Positions 1 through 12,215 of a stretch of DNA of 64,000 bases are shown piece by piece. Made by a program: the position numbers and the translations under genes. The DNA comes from Sarea resinae (taxonomy: Eukaryota), in assembly GCA_026026165.1 (NCBI GenBank), contig JAPEUD010000051.1, positions 62,001 to 126,000 of the forward strand, in the 5' to 3' direction. Position 1 is the stretch's first letter; each line of letters starts with the position of its first letter. The notes beneath the pieces were generated by a model. That model did not search any database and was not told the origin of the DNA. It saw only the letters and a program-made list of their open reading frames with translations.

Positions 1-707
1 TACCTACCACGTAGTGAACCGAGGATTGAATGCCTCATTGACCGTTCGATCGATGCAAGCAAGGAAAGGTGCAGCAACTGAATGTACCCAGTCTCGAGCC
101 GACCGCGTGCCCAACTTCCTCCCTGCATGATGTCGGAAGGGATGGATGAGGAGGTCGGTATCCAGAAGCGGGCATGGAAAGGAAAGAATTTGCTGGGTGC
201 CCGGCTGAGGTGCTGATGCCCGTTGCCCGTTGCCCGCCTTGAATAATGGTCCGCAGTTCCTGTCTGTGGAGTACGAAGTGACAATAATTACCTACTCGGT
301 ATTCGTACGTCGTAGGAGCGCGTGTGCGTGACGGTCCAACCTCGCCCGGCTAGCCCAATACTGAAATACGCTCGAGACGACCCTGTTTAGGCGTCCGGAA
401 GCGAAGAAAAGAGCGCCCGAGCCCGTTTTGGCAACGGCGGCATTTCTGTGACACGAGAATCATCCACGCCGGGAGGCGACGGGATTGATGATCGTATCCC
501 AATTACTAGGTACTAGGTAGCCGAGACGGCGGAGTGATCAATGCTTTGGGTCCAAGAGCCAACTTCGTACTTCATCCATCCAATTCAAAGTCTAAATGTT
601 TCCTCTAAAGCAGTAGTGCTTACATACAGGGTATAAATAGGTCGGAGAGAAAAGTCCCCCCAAATCCGGATCGTGAGAAGCAAAAGAACAAGAACCTCAG
701 AGGCGTA

Positions 708-781
708 ATGATGATGACTGCAATGATGTTGAGGTTGATGGTGACAAGGATGATGAGGGTGATGATGATGATGAGGATGAT
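708..781 (+). repeat. Degenerate (GAT/GGT)n trinucleotide tract downstream of the flippase
   Basis: atgatgatgactgcaatgatgttgaggttgatggtg...gatgatgatgatgaggatgat; explains spurious ORFs 620..901 and 708..1052. Confidence 0.6.
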
Positions 782-938
782 CCTGAAAAAGGTCACCGCT
801 GCCAATCTAGAACGCCAACCAAACGTAAAGGCCACCAGGAGGACCCAGCTATCTCTTTCTTCATTGATCGCACGAAACCAAGAATTGCAAATATGTACCA
901 CCTTGCTCCTTCGTACTCATAAATTTCATCCTTCTGTT

Positions 939-3900
939 TTATTCTTGGTTCAGGCGTTCGTGTCGGACGGACCCAAACCGTTTCGAGAGCATCTCCGCGA
1001 TGTCGGCCGACCCTCTTCGTCGAGCACGATCCAAGGAGCCGAGACTGATTGACGAGTGGGAATGGGATATGCTTCGTGGAAGGGCCACTGGAGTTCGGTC
1101 TTGCTCCATAACACGGGGCTGGTCCAGTAGTTCTTGAATCTCCCCTTCCCGTTCGGCGTCTGTATCGATCTCGACGCTAGGCTTCTTCTTGCCTCTGCTC
1201 CAGCCTTGCTGTAGTTCTTCAGAGGCCGCCTCCTCGAAACGTTTGCGAATCTCCAGATCCTGCTCATACTCTTGAAAGATGTCGACCTAGTAGGGTGTCA
1301 GTCGACTATCACAAAACTTGAGCATGCGAACGTACATCGGTTGGCATATATGTTGCTCGGAGCGAAGTCACAGCTATTTCAAAGGCAAGACAAGCAGCGA
1401 CAATGACAACAAGCGTAAGCCACCACAATCCATCCGTTCCGAATCGTTGGAACAGACCATCTTTGACGTTGTAGAGAGTATTGGTTGGGTAAATGCCGGA
1501 AAGGACGACATTCCAAAGGAACCATCCACCAATGGAGAGAAGAAGGGCAATTGCACAAGTGATTGATTTGTTGTGCAGCTCAAGAAATCTGGACATGGTC
1601 AGCAACCATAAGTCACGAAGAGGTTAGACTACATACTGCATTTTCAAGCCTATAAGCATGATGCAAGACGTGAATGTGAGATCACCGAGAGCATAGAGGC
1701 CATTATCTTTGACGAAGATAGCTTGCCCATAGAGCCCAAGCATCAGAAAGAAGATCATCATAGCTTCTGAAGAGGCCATGAATACCCATCCCAGATAAAG
1801 CTTGATGTTGAATCCGCCTCTGCGTTGGCCTTTGGTGTACAGTTCCGGAACTGCAAGTAGTGTCGAGGCAGCAAGGTCCTTTTCGAATATTCCCATGAAA
1901 ATGACTGGAAGGGACGTAAAAAGCTAATCTGTCTTAGTGACCGTCTCATGATGTACACTATTCCCGCAACTTACGGTGTTGAACATGCTCAAACTAACAG
2001 ACTCGTACAAACTGGTGCCAGTGTAGCCTGCGTATCTTTGAAACAATGCTTGGGTGAGATAGAACAACTGGATCAATTAGTGTTGACTCCGAGACAGAAA
2101 ATCAAAACTTACCATCTCCTTCCAAAATGTCCCAACTGTGTACTTGCATACTCGAATGTAGTTCCATCGCCCATGAACCAGTAGCAATTTGAGAAGGAAT
2201 CTGAATTGAGCAATAGAGTAATCTGACGTCCTTGCGGCCTGTAGACCTTCTTTGCCGGTGATTCCAATTCCAACATGAGCTTCTTGTATCATAGCAATAT
2301 CGTTGGCTCCATCTCCAATGGCCAAGGTGATGGATTTCTTGACTTTCATCCGAATAGACTTGACGAGAGAAGCTTTTTGACTCGGGCTTGCTCTGCAGCA
2401 AATCACAGATTCGACCAAAACTGCTAAGTCAAGGAAGAGGTTGTTGATCGCTTCGTCTTCTTCGATAGCCGATAAAGTCTGACCGTCCACTACTACCACG
2501 GAATGGGCGACTCTGCCAGCATTGATGTCAATGATGGCCGCGGCGATTTCCTGTTCCACGTGCCCGCTCTCATGATCAAGAACTGTGACTGATGAATAAT
2601 CCTTGATAAGACGACACGAATGGCCAATGTTGATGGCTGTTTCACGCTTGTCGCCAGTCAACATCCACATCTTTATCTTGGCCCTTCTGAGCTTGTCTAT
2701 AGCTTCCGGAACTCCTTTCTGCAATTTGTCCTCGATAGCGGTGGCGCCAGCCAGCTCCAGGTCAGTCTCGATCAAGTCTCCCGCCCTTTCGATCATATGC
2801 TGACGATCGACCAAGCTTGTCGTTGCGTCAGAATAGAGTTTTTTCCATGAGGTATACTCTTGCTCGTCAAGAAATCTGTACGCATAGAGCAGCGTACGGA
2901 GTCCTTCAGTTGCAAAATCATTGATGTGCTGGAGACACCTTTCCAAGACGGCGGAATCGTCCACAACGAGAGCCTCGTCAACGAGATCATCGTACATATC
3001 ACCATAGAATGAGGCTCGCCCTTCGGAGAAAGCAAAGGAGTGTCGGCCTGCAAATTGTGCTGATGGCCGAGGAGAATGATATGTGCTCTCATCATCCACG
3101 TCAGAATAGTCGACATCCCTCTCTCGCTCCCGAAGCCATGTATCCAGCTCATCCCTGATTGGCTGGAGCCGGGTTGCAGTTGAGCTCGAGCGGCCAATTC
3201 CACCGATGCTACTCCGACCAAGGTTGAGACTTGGTCTACTCATGCTATCACGCCGGCTGATCTGCTCGCTGTTGCGTCGAATTATTTGCTGAGCCTCCAT
3301 ACTCTTTCTCTTGCTCGCTCTGCGCTCTATTTGTACTGCTTTTTCGACTGCAGCAGAAGCTTGTTTGAGCCGCTGCATGACTATGGTGTCCGCACCCTTG
3401 CAAAATATGCAGATCCTTCTATCTGGCAAGCGTACGATAATAGACATTCTCTTGCGTTTGCTGGAGAACTCAATGACGTTCAAGATCTCGTAAGTTTCGA
3501 AAGCCGGCTCTGCATTTCGTCCGAGAGGAAAAGTCTTGAGCGTTATAGTGCCGGATTGTCTATCAACAACCAAGAATCCCAATTCCTGGGCAGCCTTTAC
3601 CAATGCCAGCTCATCAGGCGATGCAGCTTGAAAGTCAATCTCACCATCTTCTTTGGTCTCCGGTACGCAAGTATGGCAAACAGCTATTGATAGAAGAAAG
3701 AATCGGACCTTTCGGGCAAAGACCGTATGAGGCTTTTGGACCAGGTATTTCAGCAACTCTTCAGAAGGAAGTTCTGCCTGAGCTTTTGCGGGGCGTGCAG
3801 ATGATCGCCACTTCGAGGCTGTCGATGCGTTTCGGGTGATCTCGAATTGCCGCGCGACGGCAAACTCTCTTGCCGTCTCGTCAGTAGAACGAAGATCCTC

Positions 3901-6420
3901 TCTAGACTCTGATGTGATACGTCTTCTATTGTCTGGCCGCTTCCCTTTACTGCGCTTCTTATGGAGGAGCTTTTTGCGATTTGCTTCTATTTCCGCCTCC
4001 GGAAGATCAAGGTCATGGAGCCATGCCGTGCCGGCAACACTGAATTTGCGGAATTGCATGATATTATCCGTAAGTGTTCCAGTCTTGTCGGAAAATATGT
4101 AGCTGTGCAGCAGTCAGCAAGAATTGTCTGGAGTAACTCGATACATACCTGACTTGACCCAGCTCTTCGTTGATGGTAGACGTGCGAGCCTCCATCGGCG
4201 TGTCAGACACTTCGTCGTACATGTCGATGTCGTTCAACAAAAACATCTGCGCGAGCTTGACGATTTCCAGGCTGACGTACAGAGATAACGGTATCATGGT
4301 GTTGAACATGACAATGAAGGATGTCAGAATCGGGAAGAAAGACACGCCGGCATTTGTCAAATACCATGACTTGTCTTCTGTAGACTTTGACCATAGTTGG
4401 TACGCCACGGTATTAAAAAGAGCAAGGCAAATGACGAAGATGACGATCATAACAACGACCCGGTTGACAGTTGCTTGTAGTGTGGGAGCCTTGATGCGCG
4501 GGTTTCTTGCAGCGTTCATGCGAATCTTACACTCTTCTCCGGTATAAATGACCATGCCGAATGCTGCAGGGGTATTCCTCAAGATGCTACCCCGGTATAC
4601 AATCTCATTGTTTGTAAGGGGGCGCGTTTCGGTAGCCACTTCAACCTTACCTTCAAAGTTATAGAGGTCAAGATTCGGATCCTCAACGGTAAATCGGGCG
4701 TCACAGCTGGTGATGTCTTCGATGGATCGACACCTTTTTGCGAGCGGTGGAGCGACTTGTTTGCTTTTGAGATTGGTCTCGCCGTCCAGAGCCATGGTTT
4801 CAAAATAAGCTATGCCATTGGGTCCTTCCGAGTGCAAGAGAACCAGATCGGCTGGTACGGCTTCGTTGCGCTCTAACTTGATTATTTGACCAACCTGAAT
4901 GTCTTTCCACTTTGCTTGGGCCCAATGCTTCACGCCGGAATGGGGCGACAGAGCCTGCACAACTTCATCCGGTGTCGGAGATGTAGGTTGATACGCATGA
5001 AGCACGGAGGTTTCTTTATTATTCTCTGCTTTATCGAGGCGATAACGGCGCAAATCGTCATAGCCTTCTTTTGCCATCGAGATACTCACAAAGAACAGGA
5101 GAGGTATGATCGTAGTGTAAGCTATGAATGGTTAGCTACATCTTCTCGACAGACTTAGGAACTACGCACACCCGGTGGTACTCAAGCCTATCATACGTTA
5201 GCAGTAATATCTTAAATTGACAACCCATTCCACCTACCAGGTATCATTTGTAATATTGACACGCACAGAAAATAGCTGGTCTCATCAGCTCTGCACAAGA
5301 TCATGAAGGAACATACTCACAAATTCGCTAGTTTGGAAAATTGAGCAAAAAGTTGACGTGGTAGAAAATTCCAGAGGGTATAACGGCTGGACCTTACGGT
5401 GTTGCCAATGTAAGCCTTCCCGGTTCTTTCATCGATCAGGACCTTTTTACGGCCGGCATCTAGATAAATGTGTCTGCCATCTTTGCTCGGAGGAATGTCC
5501 TGAATGCGCAAGATGAATTTCCTAGCCCGTTGATATGCCGTTCGAATCCCTCCCACAAGGCCTGAACGTCTAGATTTCTTCTGAGCCCATGATTGGTAAT
5601 GTGGCAAAACCGAGGTACCCTGCAACTTCTTCGATGTGTATTTCGGTGCTGGATCGGATCCGTCGTCAGGAGACGGAGATATTTGAATAGTTGCCTCTCC
5701 TAATTTCCTGCCGTCATGACCATTTGTTTCTAGAAGTGATGACCCTGGTTGGGATCTCGAAGGACCCGCCGTCTCCAGCTCAATCTCACTGTCGCTGCCC
5801 TCGGCTTGATCGTTGAGATTTTTGGTGAATATAGCTCTTCGTAATGAATATCCCCTGAGTCGGCCCTTTGGAGATGCGGGTGACACCTTTTCTACTGGGA
5901 CGGCCAGTCTGGACGATCCCGGAGAGACCGAGCGGGACTGTGAACGTGAGATTCCTTGGCCGCTCGTGGCTGGCCCCGAAATTGCCTTCTGCGTATCAAT
6001 CGAAAGGGTAGGTGTCCCGGGACGCTTCGAGACACTTGGTCTGCCTTCTCTTGGGATATATCCTGGCCTCGGGAGCTCAAGCGACCCAGGCGCACGGGTC
6101 GTTCTGGGGGGCATTGGCCTGTCGACATCCAACGAGAACCTCACTCGAGGGCCAGGCTCCGTAGTTGGTGATATGGGTGATAAAGGGCTATCCACCGAAG
6201 ATGCCATAGATGCGTCAGTCGGAGGCTGCGAGTCACTGATTACTCTCCGTCCACTGCTGATGCCTCCTCGATTTTGCGTCTCCTCTGGCGCTTCTTTGGT
6301 AGGATCCCCATCATACTGTGAAGAGTGACGCCTCCGGATTCCATACTTTCTATGGCCACCTGGCTCATCGTTCTCCGCCATCTTGAGAGTCTCAAAGTCT
6401 GCAGTTTCTGAGACGGCCAT
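939..6420 (-). CDS. DNF3: P4-type phospholipid-translocating ATPase (flippase), Dnf3-like; multi-exon
   Basis: Spliced ORFs carry DGETNLK, GQVSYIFSDKTGTLT (phosphorylation motif, across an intron near 4105-4148), TGDKRETA and IGDGANDIAMIQEAH. All introns are GT-AG, including an 18-nt exon in PGLSTTGSY. Stop TAA at 939-941. Start may be 6420 or 6381. Confidence 0.9.
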
Positions 6421-7790
6421 GGGTCAGTCCCAGTCTCCTCAGAGGCACTGACCGCCGGATGAGGAAAGCGATGCGTCGACTTACAACGTGCACATAGCAG
6501 GATCAGGAGCCCAACGTGAGGTTCCAGACGACAGGCAGATTGAATTGACGGCGGACAGGTCTTGCTCGAGGGATTCTAGCAGAACGAGGAGGGCGTTTGC
6601 TGACAGCATCGAGAAGGCTTCGCGGGCTGCTCGAAGTTAGCGTAGCAAGAGAGTCTCGCTACCTGCCGGGGTTGAGTTGCTGGTACGACCAAGTCTAAAC
6701 GACCGAAATCATATCGAACGACCACTGAGAACGGCAGAGGTTGTCGCGAGAGTACGCGGCCTGCGGACCCTACCTGCTACGTAGTAGTCGGACTTGGTAG
6801 TACCTCTTCGTACCTACCGTAAGGGTCTACGAATACTGAATACTCCGTCGAGTATGAATTACGAGTACTTGCTCAAGGTAAGGTACGGTCGTACTCCGTA
6901 TCTACTAGGTACCTCTAGCTATTCTTGGAAAAGGTACAGCTCGGCGTCAGCCGGTACCTTTTCACCATTACGCTCATCATCGGCCGCATGACTTACCTGT
7001 TCCGGCCCGCAGAGGTACCTGGACTCTGGGGTTCACAAGTACTCGGGATTGCACATCCTTTCCATCTCACTGCAATGTAGGTATATCCTGGATATTTTCT
7101 GATCTTCTCCACGATCTCCATCTCTACGAATCTGATGGCTTCATCCATCACAGAACACAGAGCATATGTGGTAATCCATGAGCTTTTCGCTTCAAAGCAG
7201 TCAGATTGGTGGATCCTCCGATCTAGACTACAGACAGACCCGCCAGGGAGGAGATTCCGGCCACCCAAACAACAAGACGTGAGACCTTTCAGTTCACTCA
7301 CACGCCAAATGACCTTTTCCTACGGCATTCAACATGCCTTGATGCCTTCCTGTACAGAGAATCTTAGGACATGCCGAGACAATGAGAAGGAAAACGCGTA
7401 TGCGTGCCGGCTAAAAATGCAAGGCCACAAGAAAGTGGGAAGAAAGAAAGAAAGAAAGCTGAGAGACAGCTGGCTCAGGGTGATGATCGCTCGACCAAAC
7501 GATGATGCAGGGGTTACCAGCCAAGAAGGCAAGAAGAGAAGCAAAAAGAAGCAAAAAATGTCATAAGGTTGGGGGAATATGGCTCTTTTCATGCTGGTTG
7601 ACATCGTGAAAGGGTCGAAAATCGGAATGGCGGACAAAAGAGACTCGTGGTTGGAGAACATGCCCGAGGACATAAAGCATTAATGACAGAACGCCATGAC
7701 TCGCAGTCAGTCCGTTGAACAGCTGGGGCTAAAGGAAAATGCGTGGTATAGACTAGAGTCGGTAAGAGCTGAAGTCGTTGTGTAATGCGT

Positions 7791-9692
7791 CTATTGCTGC
7801 GCTGCAACGCACCAGTGTCGGTGATAAACCCAAGCACTCTTCTGGCATTCTTTGCTGCAGTACTTGGTACGGCGGCATCGTCGACATTTGGCAAATTGTC
7901 GGGTATATTCCTCCCACTTGCCACACTGATAATACGCACATTGACGAATCCCACCGCGAGAATCGTCTTTCCGGCAAAGATTGCGCATGACAACACCAGC
8001 CCAGTACTGCATGTCCGAAGAGTGGTGACGCACGGTAAATTTCTCGACGAGAGGGAAGATATTGAAGTCGTCCGGAACAAGATATTCTTCTTCCTCCTCC
8101 TCCTCATGCTCATGAGCAGAACTACAAGGAGAACCCTCATCGAGCATCTCGAGGTCGCTTCCGATCTTCAATTTCGGAACAAGATGCGATTGCTGAAAGT
8201 AGGATCGCAAGTTGCAATACTTTGAAACGTATGCTAGCAGTTGCAGGGACATGAGGACATCTTCGTCTCGTGGCATAGCAGCCAAAACTCCTGGAGGGGC
8301 TGATCGGTCAAGTGGATAGCGCGGATAAGCTCCAGATTGCAGGGTAGGGGGATTAGCGTTGACAACATTAATAGTTGGTTGGGCCGGAGAAAAGCCCATC
8401 GTGGCAGTGTTGTTGGGGGTGCCTGTAGCATTCATGATGCTTCCGTCAATTGCGGAGCGGTGTGTAATATTGAATGTCTCAGACTCTTGCGTTTCAGATG
8501 CGTTTGTTGGAGTGAGTCCAAGAGGGGCGTCAACGGCTTCAAGCATATTGTCGCGCTCACTCATGCCTTGCATGACCAGATCGTTTTGTATGTCTACGAT
8601 CGGTTCACCCGTATTGTCTGACCCTGCGGAATCGTCTGGCGCCATCTCTTCGCCATTAGCGTCGTCTGATTCACCGGACATGGAAAGTTGGTGTCGGATC
8701 GAAGGTCGGCGTCTAGGCCTGTTGGTAGATGATGATGAAGCCCGTGGTGTGGAAGCTCTGGCTTGTGCGGGGGCGTGTGGGGTGGTGGGGGATTCTGGCT
8801 GAGATGTAATGCCAGCTTGAAGTCCCGGTAACATGGAGGGAAGACGATCAATGTCACGCACAGGCCTCAAGCCAAAGCCATCCGCTACGTCCATAGTAGG
8901 AACGGCTGTTGCGAGGGGCTGGATGGCATGATAGCGAGTTCCAGAATTTTGGGCAGCATTGTATTGGTGCCGTCCGTCGTGACTCCTGTGATGATGGTGG
9001 TGGTGACGGGAAAAGGTAGTACGTTCCGGAGGGGAGGTCACAGCAAATGCAGGTGGGGTAGGGGTGACCTCCATGGCTGATGGATCAGACGGGACCGTGT
9101 CGTTAGGGTCATTGGCGAACGGTTGGGGTATCTCAATAGAGGGAGGAGGTGCTTGACGTCGGAATTGTCGACTGTCGGCACTCGGGCCGCGGTCCGTCCG
9201 ATTGAAGAATGAAGTGGCCACGTATTCGCGCGGACGAGCAAGCTGCTTAGGCTGAGAGCCGAGTCTGATGGCGTTGCGTCTGACTTCAGCCTCTGCTTTC
9301 TCGCGACACTTATCAATAACCTTGATATAATTGTCGAGGATCGTGGCGATCACAGGGACCATGTCCGCTTCCACGACCCTTGTTCGCACATTCTCTGAAC
9401 CGCGGACACCGATATTGACGACGCATTGGAAAGCGAGATTCCATTTCCACATGTCCATCATGTCTTTACTCCGTCCCTCTTTGAGTATGCAGACCAGTCT
9501 CTCAACGCCGCCATCGACGGTAAGGATGTCGCGTATACGAGCTGAAGAGGTTGTGAGGTACGCGAGGTGGTTCAAGGAATTAATCAAGGGTAAAGTGGAC
9601 GTGCAGTCGAGAGCTCGCCGATCATAAAGGGCGGTAGTGATGCCGACGGACGCCTTGTTGACGTTTGGAATGCTGAAATTGACTTCCCTCAT
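7791..9692 (-). CDS. samB: MYND-type zinc finger protein SamB/Mub1; intronless
   Basis: N-terminus MREVNFSIPNVNKASVGITTALYDRRALDC; C-terminal MYND finger CAYYQC...CRRCRRTKYCSKECQKSAWVYHRHWC. Confidence 0.92.
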   Translation of the reverse strand: MREVNFSIPNVNKASVGITTALYDRRALDCTSTLPLINSLNHLAYLTTSSARIRDILTVDGGVERLVCILKEGRSKDMMDMWKWNLAFQCVVNIGVRGSENVRTRVVEADMVPVIATILDNYIKVIDKCREKAEAEVRRNAIRLGSQPKQLARPREYVATSFFNRTDRGPSADSRQFRRQAPPPSIEIPQPFANDPNDTVPSDPSAMEVTPTPPAFAVTSPPERTTFSRHHHHHHRSHDGRHQYNAAQNSGTRYHAIQPLATAVPTMDVADGFGLRPVRDIDRLPSMLPGLQAGITSQPESPTTPHAPAQARASTPRASSSSTNRPRRRPSIRHQLSMSGESDDANGEEMAPDDSAGSDNTGEPIVDIQNDLVMQGMSERDNMLEAVDAPLGLTPTNASETQESETFNITHRSAIDGSIMNATGTPNNTATMGFSPAQPTINVVNANPPTLQSGAYPRYPLDRSAPPGVLAAMPRDEDVLMSLQLLAYVSKYCNLRSYFQQSHLVPKLKIGSDLEMLDEGSPCSSAHEHEEEEEEEYLVPDDFNIFPLVEKFTVRHHSSDMQYWAGVVMRNLCRKDDSRGGIRQCAYYQCGKWEEYTRQFAKCRRCRRTKYCSKECQKSAWVYHRHWCVAAQQ

Positions 9693-12215
9693 AGTGGCGA
9701 ATTGGCACAGGGAAGGCCGGTATTTCAATCGAGGGTGATTTTGGAAAAAGGTTTTAGTCAAAGTATATACCAAAAAGTCTTCGAGGACAACTTGATTCCG
9801 CTGTCGGAATTCAATATTGACACGGTATGTCGCGAAAAGTAGGAGTCGAACAGTGCTGTCGTGATGTCCAGATGAGTAACGAACGGCGAGAAATCACGTA
9901 GATGCGGAGTTTGCCTGCCAAATTCGATGGATGCCGAATCTTCTGCAACGGAAACCCGTTCCCGGAAGAAGGATCGATGAAGGAGAAGTGTGAAAGATCA
10001 AAAGATGGGTGAAAGGGATGTGGTCGAGATGGATAAGGAGGCTGGTGTTCGAGCTCTGCGAGTGACAAAGGAGCCGACCAGGGTGATCCACGAGAGAGAA
10101 CGATGAAAGTATGCTCTCTTCTTTCGTCCCGGATATCATTCAAGAGGCCAGAGATCAAATGAAGAGTCCGGCCAAAGCAAATATCGGATCGACTCCTGGT
10201 TCTCGTTGGAAGAATGAAAGGATCGTGCTCCGGCTAGCGGTATGGACCTTCCCAACAACCAAAGCTCGGTCAGACCGAAGGCATCAAGGGAGATTTGAGA
10301 ATGCAACGATGAGGAGGGAAAGGAGATGCGAGCGCTGATGATAGAGATCGGGGTAAAAGGTCATCAAGAGGCACCGACCGGAAGAAGGAGATGGAGCGTT
10401 CGAGTTCGATTCGTTGGCGATGAATGAGATTGAGGAGTAATGAAGAGCCTTGGGGTTTTAGCGACACCCATCGCTTGCCATCTTTGATTCGCCTCTTGCT
10501 CGTTCTTACAAGACATCCATTTTGCTGCGTGATGGGGAAAAAGGGAAGGTACGAGTACGACGGCACGAAGTAGGCCGAAGTCTCTGAACGCGCTGTTCCG
10601 ACGGCCGGACACGGCGGGAAGAGGCGAAAGATACGCAGTAGCGACTTTGACTCGGTCACATTGCAGGTAGCCCCCGGTACACCTCCCCCGTACCGTGACC
10701 TCGCACGGAGTACTGACCAACTTAATTTCCATCATATTACTCGAGGGTCACACTATCTACACATGATGTTTCAGCGCGCCCGGACGAGCTCGCCGTCGTG
10801 CTCGCCCTCACTCGCCCCGTTTGATGATCTTGACTCCACCACCAGCCACGGGCAAGCGTCGGCCACCTCCAGTGTGCCAGCAAGGCTCCCTGCCCTCGCC
10901 TCCCTAGGCTCTCTGCCATGGACAGATGGATCCATGGATCTCTCACTGAAGTACAGACATGTTTGGGAGGCCGCCCCAGCCCATCGATCGCGTGTCTTCC
11001 TTTGCAGTCTGCCGACATGACACATCCCTTTTCCCTTTGGTCTCTTCCCACGCACGCACGTTTGACAGTCCCAGAGGCCCAAGAGTCCCCATCATGCAGC
11101 CCAAGTATCCCTGCCCCTGCCCATTCGAGCTCTCGCACCTTTCTAGCGCTTCATCTAGACGTTCCGGATGGTGATGCTGAACCCTCAATCTATCAAGGAG
11201 CGAAACCTCGGTCGACCGCTGCCTCCAGCCGTGACGTCTCAGGAGCATTTCAGACGCATGGCCGTTATTGCGGACTTCTTCTCCTTTTCCTGAAGAGGTA
11301 TCGAATGACTAACCTAAGGGAGAACCTGTATTGGGTACAAAGTACTTCGTACCAACATACCTTACCTGAGGTGAGCAGGGCAAGGTAGCTTCCTACCTTA
11401 CCTTGCTCGAGCACGCAGTACTTCACTGCGTGCTCCAGCTGCCTCGCTGCTGATCTCGATTCGGGTCTGGACCAGAAGTTGATCATCTCGCTTGTGACTA
11501 TATCAAATGCGTTCAAATCCTTCTACGGCGGGTGGTAGGACGGGAGCCAATGTTCGCCATCATTGGGCTACTGCACGAAGTAGCACCCAACAGGATTGGG
11601 GCCCAGGGATCCCTTCAAGTCCACTACGGGCGCGAATCAGCCGAGCCCGCATGAGGCTGCGCTTGAGATTGCCGCACTCTTGGTGCAGGAGAGCTTTGCC
11701 ATTTGCTCGCACGAGGCCTGTCAACAACATCCACCGTTGCCGCCGAGGGGCATACCATCTGCTGCAGCTTGTATGGGGTAAACGCGCAGGAACCTTTTAT
11801 GATTGCGTAGCCGCAAATAGACCTGATGCCCATGCGATTCTACCCTTGACGGGGACAAATCGGTTGCTTTACAAGACGTCTTTTGGATCCATCACGGTAG
11901 GCGCTAATCCAAAAATACGCCCCGTGGCTGATCAGGATCTGCCTGTCAAACCATAGCTGATCAGGGCTGTCTGTTGATGGCTTCCTAAATGATTGCTATT
12001 CTGGTCATTTTCCATCTACTCGGGAGTCAATCAATTGTTTATATCACATCTTGCGGTTCATGGACGATATAAGTAGCCAATCACCACCAACAACGCTGAA
12101 TCGATGGTACTATTCTTACCAGAGTACAGCATCTGGATGATCTAGTACCTCGGAGCTGCATGCGTGACGCCTTTGACATGACAAAGAAAATACGGATGAT
12201 TGATATCTATAGCGA

